DNA of 39,677 bases from Acidobacteriota bacterium. GTDB lineage: Bacteria; Acidobacteriota; UBA4820; DSQY01. Location: contig JBMFSH010000025.1 in the NCBI GenBank assembly GCA_049967655.1, positions 1 through 39,677 on the forward strand. The letters run 5' to 3'. The notes beneath the pieces were generated by a model that saw nothing but the letters and a program-made list of their open reading frames with translations, ran no database searches and had not been told where the DNA came from. Positions 27,251 to 35,803 of this stretch are shown one piece after another; position 1 is the first letter of the stretch; each line of letters opens with the position of its first letter. The position numbers were made by a program, and so were the translations under genes.

Positions 27251-27430
27251 GGGACCTGCTCTCCGCCGCGTCCGAGGGTGCCATCGTCACCGGCCATGGA
27301 GACCTCCCGAGAAAGACGTGGGTAGTGTAGCAAAGCCGAATTCCGAATGGCGAATGGGAAACACACCCCCAGTTCCGCGATGCAATTCCCGCCGGTGTGG
27401 GAGCCGTCGCCTGACGGCGACTTCCCCCTC

Positions 27431-27658
27431 GCGATTAAGCGAGTAAGCAATTAAGAATTTAAGCGGGACGGGATGAAAGGCAAGCCCCTTGCAGGTAAGC
27501 TGTCCTAGCTTGCGATCCATAGCTGGACGAGCCTTGCCCCCCCTTCTCCTCGCTCCATCGCGGGATTGGGGCACACCACAGAGGCCATGACGGGGTTGCG
27601 GCTCTTCGCCTCTCGCCCAATAGCTTAATCGCTTAATCGCCTAATCGCCTACTCGCCT
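27431..27658. repeat. Composite repeat: 112-bp core (27460-27571) enclosed by inverted GCGATTAA-type octamer arrays
   Basis: Left arm gcgattaa-gcgagtaa-gcaattaa, right arm gcttaatc-gcttaatc-gcctaatc. Core is ~85% identical and ungapped to 34008-34119. Confidence 0.85.
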
Positions 27659-27710
27659 CTCCCCTCTCTCTGCTCCCACTCCGCCCGGGGCGGGCGGACC
27701 GCCGGTGGCT

Positions 27711-29117
27711 CTACAGCTTGTGCAGCTTGATGACGTTCGTCACCTCTGAGTTGCCGGAGAGCATGGAGAGCGTGACGAGGACCGTCTGGCCGGGACTGGC
27801 CAGGCGGGCCCGCAGGGTGGCGTCCAGGGCCATGGTCACCGCGCGTTCGCTGTCGGCGGCGTGCTCCACGGCCAGGGGCGTCACTCCCCACACCACGGCC
27901 ACGCGCCGCAGGACCTCTTCCCTCGCGCTGCACGCGATGACCGGAGCCGCCATGTGGAACTTGGAGAGCAGGCGCGGCATGCGTCCCGTGGGGGTGATGG
28001 AAAGCACCGCCGAGGCTCCAAGGTCCCTGGCGGCGGAGGCCGCGGCGTGGCTGGCGGCTTGGTGGAAGTCGGTGACCCCGGTGAAGGGCTCTCGGACGGG
28101 GTGGTAGAAGCGGCTCGTTTCGGCCTGATCGGCGATGGTCTTGAGCATGGCCGTGGCCTCCACGGGATAGCGTCCCGCCGCCGATTCGGCCGAGAGCATG
28201 ACGGCATCCGTGCCGTCGTAGATGGCGTTGGCCACGTCGGAGACCTCGGCCCGAGTGGGACGGGCGTGGTCCACCATGGACTCGAGCATCTGGGTCGCCG
28301 TGATCACGAACTTCCCCCGCCGGTTGGCTTCGGCGATGATGGTCTTCTGGGCCTGCGGGACGTGCTCCAGGCCCATCTCCACGCCCAGATCGCCGCGGGC
28401 CACCATGACGCCGTCCACCTCGGCCAGGATCGCATCGAGGTGATCCAGGGCCTCGGGCTTCTCGATCTTCGCCACGACCCAGGGAGGATCGGGGCTCTCG
28501 GCCAGCCTTCGCCGCAGCGACCGGACGTCGGCGGCGCGCCGGACGAAGGAGAGGGCCACGAGGTCCACCCCCGCCGCCAGGCCGAAGGCCAGGTCCTGCT
28601 TGTCCTTGGCCGTCAGCGAGGGAGCGCTCAGCCGCACGCCCGGCAGGTTGATCCCCTGGTGGTCGCGGATGGTGCCGCCCCGGACCACGGTGGTGTGCAC
28701 CTCGCTTCCGGCCACCCGGTCCACCAGCAGCTCCAGGGTTCCATCGGCCAGGAAGATTCGATCGCCCCGGCGCACGTCCTTAGGCAGGCGCTCGTAGCTG
28801 CAGTGGGCCCTGGCGGCCGACCCGGAGACGGGCCGCGTGGAGAGGACGAAGGGACCGCCCTCGTCGAGCTGGGCGCTGCCTCCCCGGAAGGTGCCGAGCC
28901 GGATCTTGGGCCCCTGGAGATCCTGTAGAACGGCCAAGTGGCGGCCACTCTGGCGCGCCACCTCCCGCACCATCCGAATCCTCTCTCCGTGCTGGCGGTG
29001 ATCGCCGTGGGAGAAGTTCAGGCGGGCCACGTTCATCCCGGCATCGGCCAAAGCCCGGATGCGCTCGCGGGTATCGCTGGAGGGCCCCAGCGTGCAAACG
29101 ATCTTGGTGTGAGGCAT
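27711..29117 (-). CDS. pyk: Pyruvate kinase (K+-independent signature)
   Basis: TKIVCTLGP, ARLNFSHG, DLQGPKIR, AKIEKPEA, MVARGDLG, TATQMLESM, PTRAEVSDVANA. GGAGGAGG RBS. Confidence 0.96.
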   Translation of the reverse strand: MPHTKIVCTLGPSSDTRERIRALADAGMNVARLNFSHGDHRQHGERIRMVREVARQSGRHLAVLQDLQGPKIRLGTFRGGSAQLDEGGPFVLSTRPVSGSAARAHCSYERLPKDVRRGDRIFLADGTLELLVDRVAGSEVHTTVVRGGTIRDHQGINLPGVRLSAPSLTAKDKQDLAFGLAAGVDLVALSFVRRAADVRSLRRRLAESPDPPWVVAKIEKPEALDHLDAILAEVDGVMVARGDLGVEMGLEHVPQAQKTIIAEANRRGKFVITATQMLESMVDHARPTRAEVSDVANAIYDGTDAVMLSAESAAGRYPVEATAMLKTIADQAETSRFYHPVREPFTGVTDFHQAASHAAASAARDLGASAVLSITPTGRMPRLLSKFHMAAPVIACSAREEVLRRVAVVWGVTPLAVEHAADSERAVTMALDATLRARLASPGQTVLVTLSMLSGNSEVTNVIKLHKL

Positions 29118-29220
29118 GCCTCCTCCTTCTTCTTGTGATTCTAACCCAAGGTCCCCCCGGCGATGGCCCCTTCCACCCGGGACAGCCCGGAGGGGAAGGA
29201 GGCGTGCCGAAAGGTATGCC

Positions 29221-31191
29221 TCAGGCCATCGTCATACGGATGGGCAGGACGACCGTCTGGAGCCCGGCGAACTGCAGGCGGCGCTGGACCGCGTAGGCGG
29301 TGTCATTGTGCAGGAGGCGGTAGTAGAGCTTCTCCTTGGCGAAGATGAGCTTGCCGAGGAAGAAGACGGCGCGCGGGTACTCCTTCTGGATCTCCTGGCA
29401 GAGCCGTTCCGTCTCCTCCAGCACATCGGTCCCGATGGCAAAACGGTAGCCGGCGGTCAGCCCGAGGCCGTTGGCGAAGGCCACGTACCGGCGCAGGCTC
29501 TCCTCGGTCTCCCGCTGCAGGGCTACCACCTCGTCGGCCCCCTTGAAGTGGCCCGAATCCACCACGCCCACGGAGATGAAGAGGATGTTCTTGTAGTAGC
29601 CGGGGAAGAGCCGCTGGATGGAGAGGACGGAGTGGATCCCCAGTCCTCCGTATCCAGAGACCAGAAGGGCGGCCACGGGCTGGGCGGGATCCACCTCGGA
29701 GGCGGCCTTCGGGGCTGAGGACGGGGCCGGGACCTCGGCCAAGATTGAATCGAGCTTGCCGATCTCCCGCCGGATGCCGGCGTAATGGCGCTGGACCAGC
29801 AGGCAGAGGATGATGAGGGAGGTGGTGATGACCACCGTGAGCCAGCCCCCCTCGGTGAATTTTTCGAGGGTCGTCACCACGAGGATGGTCAGGCAGAGCG
29901 TGAGCCCCGTCCCGTGCACCAGGAGGTTTCGCAGCCAGTGAGGGTGCTTTCGCCGCTCGCTGATCCAGAACCGGCTCATGCCCATCTCGGTCAAGCTGAA
30001 GGTCACGAAGACGTTGATAGCGTAGAGCACCACCAAGACCGACACCTTCCCTTGCGTGTAAAGAATCAGCAGGGCCGATCCCAATGCCATGATCAGGACG
30101 CCGTTTTTCGTGACGAGGCGGTCGGAGAGCTGGGCGAAGCGGTGAGGCACCCACGAATCCACGGCCATATTGGCCAGAATCCTCGGGCCGTCGATGAAGC
30201 CCGTCTGCGCCGCCACGAAGAGCAGGGCTCCCTCCGAAGCAAGCGTCGCGATGATGAGCCAATTCCCCACGGACCATCCTCCCCAGCGCCAGGAGGAGAA
30301 AACCCGGTCAAGAAGAACGGCGTTCATCGTTTTGCCCTGGGTTGGCTCGGCGTGCCAGAGAAGGTAAAGGAACAAGATGCCGCCGGCCGTGATCGCCAGG
30401 GAGAGGGCCATGTAGAGCATGGTGCGCTTGCCCGTGGCCACCCTCGGCTCCCGCAAAATGGGAAGGCCGTTGGAGACGGCCTCGATACCCGTGTAGGTGC
30501 CGCCGCCCAGAGAGTAGGCCCGTAGGAAGATCAGGAGGACCGCCAGGTAGCCGATCGTTCCGGCGTCTCGGCCCATTTCGGCGTGGGTACGGCGTACCAC
30601 TTCGGGCAGGGCCCAGAAGTGGGCACCTATGCCGTAGACGATCAGCAGAAGGTGAGTCAGGATGAAAACCAAAAAAATGGGCAAGAGGATTTGGATGGAC
30701 TCCTTCACGCCCCGAAGGTTGAGCAGTAACAATACGGCCAGGATAATGAGGTCGGTGAAGACCTTATAGGGTTGCCAAGCCAGTGGGAGAAGGCTGAAGA
30801 TCGCGTCCACCCCCGAACAGAGGGAGACGGTGATGGTGAGCACGTAATCCACCAGAAGGGCCGAGCCGGAGACCACGCCGGCCTTGGGGCCGAGAAGCTT
30901 GGTGGAGACCAGGTAGCCCCCGCCGCCGCTCGGGAAGTGTTCGATGAGCAGGCTGTAGGCAAAGGACATCAGTCCGACGGTGATGGCCGTCATGAGGGCC
31001 AGGTAGAAGGCCAGGTACACGTGACCCTGGATGGCTCGAAACGCCTCGTCGGGACCGTAACACGAGGAGGTCAGGCCGTCGGCGCCCATGCCGACCCAGG
31101 CCAGAAAGGCCGCCAGCGATAGCTTGTGGAAGACCTCCGGGTCCGAAGGATCTTTCGGGCGCCCGAAGAGCAGGCGTTTGAGGGAGGGCAT
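29221..31191 (-). CDS. kimA: KimA (YdaO)-like APC/KUP-fold potassium transporter
   Basis: N-terminus LKRLLFGRP, D-x-L-x-S-x-x-YG (DGLTSSCYG), SGGGGY, DYVLTITVS, TGIEAVSNG, KFTEGGW, C-terminal cytosolic domain with LLHN. Preceded by a c-di-AMP riboswitch. Confidence 0.8.
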   Translation of the reverse strand: MPSLKRLLFGRPKDPSDPEVFHKLSLAAFLAWVGMGADGLTSSCYGPDEAFRAIQGHVYLAFYLALMTAITVGLMSFAYSLLIEHFPSGGGGYLVSTKLLGPKAGVVSGSALLVDYVLTITVSLCSGVDAIFSLLPLAWQPYKVFTDLIILAVLLLLNLRGVKESIQILLPIFLVFILTHLLLIVYGIGAHFWALPEVVRRTHAEMGRDAGTIGYLAVLLIFLRAYSLGGGTYTGIEAVSNGLPILREPRVATGKRTMLYMALSLAITAGGILFLYLLWHAEPTQGKTMNAVLLDRVFSSWRWGGWSVGNWLIIATLASEGALLFVAAQTGFIDGPRILANMAVDSWVPHRFAQLSDRLVTKNGVLIMALGSALLILYTQGKVSVLVVLYAINVFVTFSLTEMGMSRFWISERRKHPHWLRNLLVHGTGLTLCLTILVVTTLEKFTEGGWLTVVITTSLIILCLLVQRHYAGIRREIGKLDSILAEVPAPSSAPKAASEVDPAQPVAALLVSGYGGLGIHSVLSIQRLFPGYYKNILFISVGVVDSGHFKGADEVVALQRETEESLRRYVAFANGLGLTAGYRFAIGTDVLEETERLCQEIQKEYPRAVFFLGKLIFAKEKLYYRLLHNDTAYAVQRRLQFAGLQTVVLPIRMTMA

Positions 31192-31261
31192 CAGGCGTCC
31201 GAACCCACGACCCGCACGCCAACTGGGCTTTGGAGCGCATAAAAATAAGCGACCATCGATG

Positions 31262-31380
31262 ACCTCTCTCCGCCTAACGGGTTAGCTGACGGGCTCAGGC
31301 TGAGGCGGCCTTACGCTGATGCGATTCGCCCCGGTGAATCGGGTCCCCGTCGCCCCGCACGCGCGGGGCCTTCGGCGGGA
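31262..31380 (-). ncRNA. c-di-AMP riboswitch (ydaO-yuaA family)
   Basis: Minus strand reads CCGCCGAAGGCCCCGCGCGUGCGGGGCGACGGGGACCCG...GGGGCGAAUC...CGUAAGG...CCUGAGCCCGUCAGCUAACCCGUUAGGCGGAGAGAG, containing the hallmark blocks in order. It sits 5' of a kimA homologue. Confidence 0.88.
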
Positions 31381-31383
31381 CCC

Positions 31384-31412
31384 TTTGTACTCCTTCGGGG
31401 CCGGGAGGTCAA
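31384..31412 (-). promoter_or_regulatory. Sigma70 promoter driving the riboswitch-kimA transcript
   Basis: Minus strand TTGACC-17 nt-TACAAA. The predicted start site coincides with the 5' end of the aptamer. Confidence 0.65.
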
Positions 31413-31593
31413 GGGCGGAGGGCCGGGCGGAGGGCCGGCCCAGATTCCGCGAGGGAGGCGTAACGCCTTTGTAGGAGCGGCGCCTCGCCGCGACCGCGGG
31501 TGAGCGCGACGGGTGAAGGAGCCACGCCGGATCGCTCTCTGGAGAAACCTCCGCGCCATGACCGGTGCAGCCCGATGGATCTATCATGGTCCC

Positions 31594-32208
31594 ATGCGAG
31601 CCATCCTCTGGACCGCGGCGGCGTGGGCTCTCTGGTGCACCCTCCACAGCGGGCTCATCGCCCGCCCCGTGACGGAAGCGCTGCGGAAGCGGCTGAGGGC
31701 GCGGTTCGGATACTACCGTCTCGCCTACAACGCCTTCAGCGCGCTCTCGCTCCTTCCGCTGGCCCTCCTGTACCTCGGATTCAGGGGGCCGTGGGTTCTC
31801 CGGTACCGAGGCGGCTGGCTCCTCCTGGCCGTCCTCCTGAACGCCGCGGCCGCGTGGCTCTTCTTCCTGGGGGCCAAGGCCTACGGCATGAACGACTTCC
31901 TGGGGCTCCGCTTGGCCCGAGCCGCCTGGCGGGGAGAGGCGGTGGAAGATCCGGAGACCTTCTCCTGCTCTGGTGTCCTGCGCTGGGTGCGTCACCCATG
32001 GTACCTGGCGGGGATCCTCGTGCTCTGGGGCCACGACCTGGACGCCCCCGGTCTGGCGGCGGCCATCGTCCTCACCCTCTACCTCTTGCTCGGCGCCTGG
32101 CTGGAGGAGCGCAAGCTGGTGGCCACCTACGGCGAGGCCTACCGGGCCTACCAGCGGGAGGTGCCCATGCTCATTCCGAGGAGACCGGGCCGGGGGAGTG
32201 ACGGATGA
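31594..32208 (+). CDS. Isoprenylcysteine carboxylmethyltransferase / NnrU / MddA-like membrane protein
   Basis: LHSGL, YRLAYN, FLGL, VRHPWY, EERKLVATYGEAYRAYQREVPMLIP. ATG 31594 lies 6 nt after TATCAT with no RBS (probably leaderless). Confidence 0.78.
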   Translation: MRAILWTAAAWALWCTLHSGLIARPVTEALRKRLRARFGYYRLAYNAFSALSLLPLALLYLGFRGPWVLRYRGGWLLLAVLLNAAAAWLFFLGAKAYGMNDFLGLRLARAAWRGEAVEDPETFSCSGVLRWVRHPWYLAGILVLWGHDLDAPGLAAAIVLTLYLLLGAWLEERKLVATYGEAYRAYQREVPMLIPRRPGRGSDG

Positions 32209-32265
32209 TCAGTGATAGATGATAGATGATGGGGATGACCAGCGGCCACCGGCCTTCGGTAACTC

Positions 32266-32287
32266 CTTCCACCCTCCACTCTCCACC
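32266..32287. repeat. TCCACYC heptamer run; inverted partner at 36170-36191
   Basis: CTTCCACCCTCCACTCTCCACC is the reverse complement of 36170-36191 at 21/22 nt. Confidence 0.65.
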
Positions 32288-32290
32288 GCA

Positions 32291-33877
32291 TTATTTCCCC
32301 GCCGCGGGGATCCGGCTCATGGCGTACTCGGCGAGGGCCGTGATGGTGAGGCTGGGGTTCACGCCGAGGTTGGCGCCGATGACGGAGCCGTCCACGACGT
32401 AGAGGTCGTCGTAGCCGAAGACCTTGCAGGCTGCGTCCACGACGCCCGTCCCGGGGCCTTCGCCCATGGCGCAGCCGCCCAGGATGTGGGCCGTGGTCGG
32501 GGCGTTGAGGAGCACCTCGTTGAGGCTGCTCTGGGGAACGCCGCCCAGCCGTTTCGCCAGGCGGCGGACCGTCTCGTTGGCCACGGGGATGTAGGCCGGG
32601 ATTCTCCTCGGCTGGTCCTCGGGAAGGCGGGAGGTGGGCTTTCGGTGGAAGGGCCAGAACCATCGCCTCTTGATGATGATGCGCATGCGGCTATCCAAGC
32701 TCTGCATGACGAGGACCACGAACCCCTTGCGCGCCTTTCCGAAGGGCCAGAGGGACCTCAGCAAATGGGAGGGGCGGCGCAGGCAGTTGCCGATCCAGCG
32801 GAGGGGTCTCGTGAGCCGCGTGCCTCCGTCGGTCAGAGGCGTCCCGAGCTGCATCATCACGTCCGATCCCCGTGAGTAGCGCACGGGTTCCACGCGCGTG
32901 TGCTCATCCATGAAGACGTGCGACGTGATGGCGATGCCCTCGCAGTGGTCGGGGCCCTGTCGAGGCCCGATGAGGCCCAGCAGGGCTTCGCTGTTCGTTC
33001 GGGCGTAGTTTCCCACCTCGTCGGACAGGCACGGCAGCGCGCCCCGCCGCTTGCACTCCAGGAGGAGGGGCACGGTCCCCAGGACGCCCGCCGCCAGGAC
33101 CACGCCGCCCGCGGTCAGCTCGCCCCTCTTCTTGAAGAAAGGCACGGTGGACCGTTCGGTCCGGAGGCGGTAGCCGCCGCCGGGCAGCGGTTCGATCAGG
33201 GTGACGCGGGTTTCGGGAAGGATGGTGGCCCCGCGCTTCTCGGCCAGGTAGAGGTAGTTCTTGTCCAGCGTGTTCTTGGCGCCCGGACGGCAGCCCACCA
33301 TGCAGCCGCCGCAGAAGGTACAGCCGACCCGCGAAGGACCCTCACCGCCGAAGAACGGGTCGGGGACCTCTTTGCCGGGCTCGCCGAAGAAGACCGCCAC
33401 GTCGGTCGGGGCGAAGGTCTCCGGCAGGCCGATCTCCTCTCCGACGGCTTTCAGGGCCTCGTCGGCCGGAGTCAGGCGCGGGTTGACCGAGACGCCCAGC
33501 ATGCGGCGGGCCGTCTCGTAGTGGGGCGCCAGCGTTTTTCGCCAGTCGGCGAGGTCCCTCCACTTGGGGTCCAGGAAGGCCTCGGGCCGAGGCTCCATCA
33601 GCACGTTCGCGTAGACGAGGCTGCCGCCGCCCACGCCGGCGCCGTGGAGGACCAGGACGTCGTGCAGGAGGGTAAGCTGTTGGATGCCGTAGCAGAAGAG
33701 CTTGGGCATCCAGAAGAACTTCCGGAAGTTCCAGTTGGTCTTGGAAAAGTCCTGCGGCCTCCAGCGCTTGCCCTGCTCCACCACGAGGATTTTGTAGCCC
33801 TTTTCCGCGAGACGCAGGGCGCTCACCGAGCCGCCGAACCCGGAGCCCACCACGATGTAGTCCCACCGATCGCCCAT
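32291..33877 (-). CDS. GMC-family FAD oxidoreductase, cholesterol oxidase (ChoD)-like
   Basis: YIVVGSGFGGSV, GVGGGSLVYAN, CTFCGGCMVGC..GAKNTLDKNYL, TAHILGG, NLGVNPSLTITALAE. ATG 33877 follows GGAGGG. Confidence 0.88.
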   Translation of the reverse strand: MGDRWDYIVVGSGFGGSVSALRLAEKGYKILVVEQGKRWRPQDFSKTNWNFRKFFWMPKLFCYGIQQLTLLHDVLVLHGAGVGGGSLVYANVLMEPRPEAFLDPKWRDLADWRKTLAPHYETARRMLGVSVNPRLTPADEALKAVGEEIGLPETFAPTDVAVFFGEPGKEVPDPFFGGEGPSRVGCTFCGGCMVGCRPGAKNTLDKNYLYLAEKRGATILPETRVTLIEPLPGGGYRLRTERSTVPFFKKRGELTAGGVVLAAGVLGTVPLLLECKRRGALPCLSDEVGNYARTNSEALLGLIGPRQGPDHCEGIAITSHVFMDEHTRVEPVRYSRGSDVMMQLGTPLTDGGTRLTRPLRWIGNCLRRPSHLLRSLWPFGKARKGFVVLVMQSLDSRMRIIIKRRWFWPFHRKPTSRLPEDQPRRIPAYIPVANETVRRLAKRLGGVPQSSLNEVLLNAPTTAHILGGCAMGEGPGTGVVDAACKVFGYDDLYVVDGSVIGANLGVNPSLTITALAEYAMSRIPAAGK

Positions 33878-33901
33878 GGGGAAGCCCTCCGGGACCAAAA
33901 T

Positions 33902-34157
33902 ACCACAGAGTCACAGAGACGCAGAGGGAATAGGGAGTAAGCGATCAAGCGATTAAGCAATAAGCGATTAAGCAATAAGCGATTAAGCAATTAAGCAATT
34001 AAGCGATTAAGCGGGATGGGATGAAAGGTCTGCCCCTTCCAGGGTAGCTGTCCTAGCTCGCCATCCATGGATGGATAAGCCTTGCTCCGCCTTCTCCTCG
34101 CTCCATCGCGGAATGGGGGTTCCCCCATCCATCTCTGTGCCTCTGTGTCTCTGTGGT
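33902..34157. repeat. Composite repeat: ACCACAGAG-type inverted arms enclosing a GCRATTAA octamer array and the 112-bp core (34008-34119)
   Basis: 33902-33926 vs reverse complement of 34133-34157 match 22/25. About 9 octamer/heptamer units at 33938-34012. Core matches 27460-27571. Confidence 0.85.
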
Positions 34158-34162
34158 CGAAT

Positions 34163-35800
34163 TCAGCTTCGTTCGAAGATGCGGTGGGCCTCGCCGAGCT
34201 CGCGGGCGAGGGGGGTGACGAGGGTCCTGGCGTGGATGCGGAGGCGCGTCCCCGCGCGCAGGGCGGCGCGGACGTCGGCCTCGCTGACGAAATCCAGGGG
34301 AGCCGAGGGCTGGGGAGCCGGGGCTGCGTTGGCGTTGGCCCCCGCCCGCGGGGGAACGCCGCCCGATCCGCCCGCGCCGAACTTCTGGGCCACGAAGCGC
34401 CGGGCCGCCTCCTCCAGGCCGTCTCCCGGCTTCACGAGGGGCGGCAGCGCGACGGCCTTCTCGCCGGTGACGGGGCGGGTCTCGAAGGCCACCCGCTTGC
34501 GGTCCAGAAGGTGGAGCGGGGTGATGTTGTCGCTCGTGATGTTGTTCCCCAGGGCGCCGCAGCCCAGGGTCATGGAGGGCGGCAGGTTGGTGGAGTACCC
34601 GATGGCGCCGTGGGTGCCCGGCGAGTTGACGATGATGCGGAAGACGGGCTTCTTCAGGGCGAACTGCCGGACCACGTCGAGGTCCTGCGTGTGCAGGCAG
34701 AGGGTGTGGCCCAGGCCGCCGTAGCGGAGCACCTCGATGCAGCGCAGGCACCCCGCCTCCCAGCCGTCGGCTTCAAAGTAGGAGAGGACGGGGGAGAGCT
34801 TTTCCAGGGAGAGCGGGTAGTCGCGGCCCACGCCCCCCTCGGGAACGAGGAGAACGCGCACGCCGTCGGCCACGCCGAAGCCGGCCATGGCGGCGATGGC
34901 CTGGGGCGACTTCCCGACGACCTTCGGGTTGAGCCGCCCCTCCTTGTCCACCATGAGCCCCTGCAGGAGCGCCTTCTCCCGGGGGTTTACGAAGTAGCCT
35001 CCGGCCGCGGCGAACTCCTCCTTCGCCCTTTCGGCGATGGGGGCGTCCACGATGACCGACTGCTCGCTCGCGCAGATGGTCCCCCAGTCGAAGGATTTGC
35101 CGGCGATCACGTCCTTCACGGCCTTGCGCAGGACGGCCGTGCGCTCGATGAAGGCCGGGACGTTGCCCGGCCCCACGCCGTAGGAGGGCTTCCCCGAGGA
35201 GTAGGCGGCGTTCACCAGCCCCGTGCCCCCCGTCGCCAGGATCACGTTGGTGAGGGGGTGCTTCATCAGGGCCTGCGTGTCCTCGATGGTGGGGGCCGGC
35301 AGGCAGCCGATGATCCCCCGCGGAGCGCCCGCCGCCACCGCGGCTTCGTGCATGGCGTCCGCCACGGCCCGGATGCAGCCCTTGGCCGAGGGGTGGGGCG
35401 AGAGGACGACGCCGTTTCTGGCCTTGAGCGAGATCAGGATCTTGTAGATGGCCGTGGAGGTGGGATTGGTCGAGGGGATCACCGCCGCCACCACGCCCAT
35501 CGGCGAGGCCACTTCGTAGATTCCCTGGCCCGGATCGGCCGAGAGGAAGCCCACGGTTTTCATGGGGCGGATGTAGCGGTAGACGTCGTCGGCGCCGAAG
35601 CGGTTCTTGATGGTCTTGTCGGCGACGGTGCCGTATCCCGTCTCCTCGTGGGCCATGCGCGCCCACTTCTCCAGGTTGGGCATGCACGCGGCGTGCATGG
35701 CGTCCAGCACCTTGTCCACCTGCTCCTGGGAGAAGCTGGCGAATGCCTGCTGGGCCTGCTTCACACTCGTGACGATGCGGTCCACGTCAGAGGCGGACAC
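34163..35800 (-). CDS. CoA-acylating aldehyde dehydrogenase (EutE/PduP/AdhE-N family), microcompartment-associated
   Basis: PSTNPTST, ILATGG, GVGPGNVP, catalytic GTICASEQ, EKLSP, GHT, TLGCG..GNNITSDN, plus a ~90-aa C-terminal extension. GTG start 3 nt after the BMC-H stop. Confidence 0.92.
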   Translation of the reverse strand: MSASDVDRIVTSVKQAQQAFASFSQEQVDKVLDAMHAACMPNLEKWARMAHEETGYGTVADKTIKNRFGADDVYRYIRPMKTVGFLSADPGQGIYEVASPMGVVAAVIPSTNPTSTAIYKILISLKARNGVVLSPHPSAKGCIRAVADAMHEAAVAAGAPRGIIGCLPAPTIEDTQALMKHPLTNVILATGGTGLVNAAYSSGKPSYGVGPGNVPAFIERTAVLRKAVKDVIAGKSFDWGTICASEQSVIVDAPIAERAKEEFAAAGGYFVNPREKALLQGLMVDKEGRLNPKVVGKSPQAIAAMAGFGVADGVRVLLVPEGGVGRDYPLSLEKLSPVLSYFEADGWEAGCLRCIEVLRYGGLGHTLCLHTQDLDVVRQFALKKPVFRIIVNSPGTHGAIGYSTNLPPSMTLGCGALGNNITSDNITPLHLLDRKRVAFETRPVTGEKAVALPPLVKPGDGLEEAARRFVAQKFGAGGSGGVPPRAGANANAAPAPQPSAPLDFVSEADVRAALRAGTRLRIHARTLVTPLARELGEAHRIFERS

Positions 35801-35803
35801 GTC

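Noticed and set aside
33938..34012. Tandem repeats as a possible CRISPR array
   Set aside because: Units are 7-8 nt with no unique spacers, and there are no cas genes.
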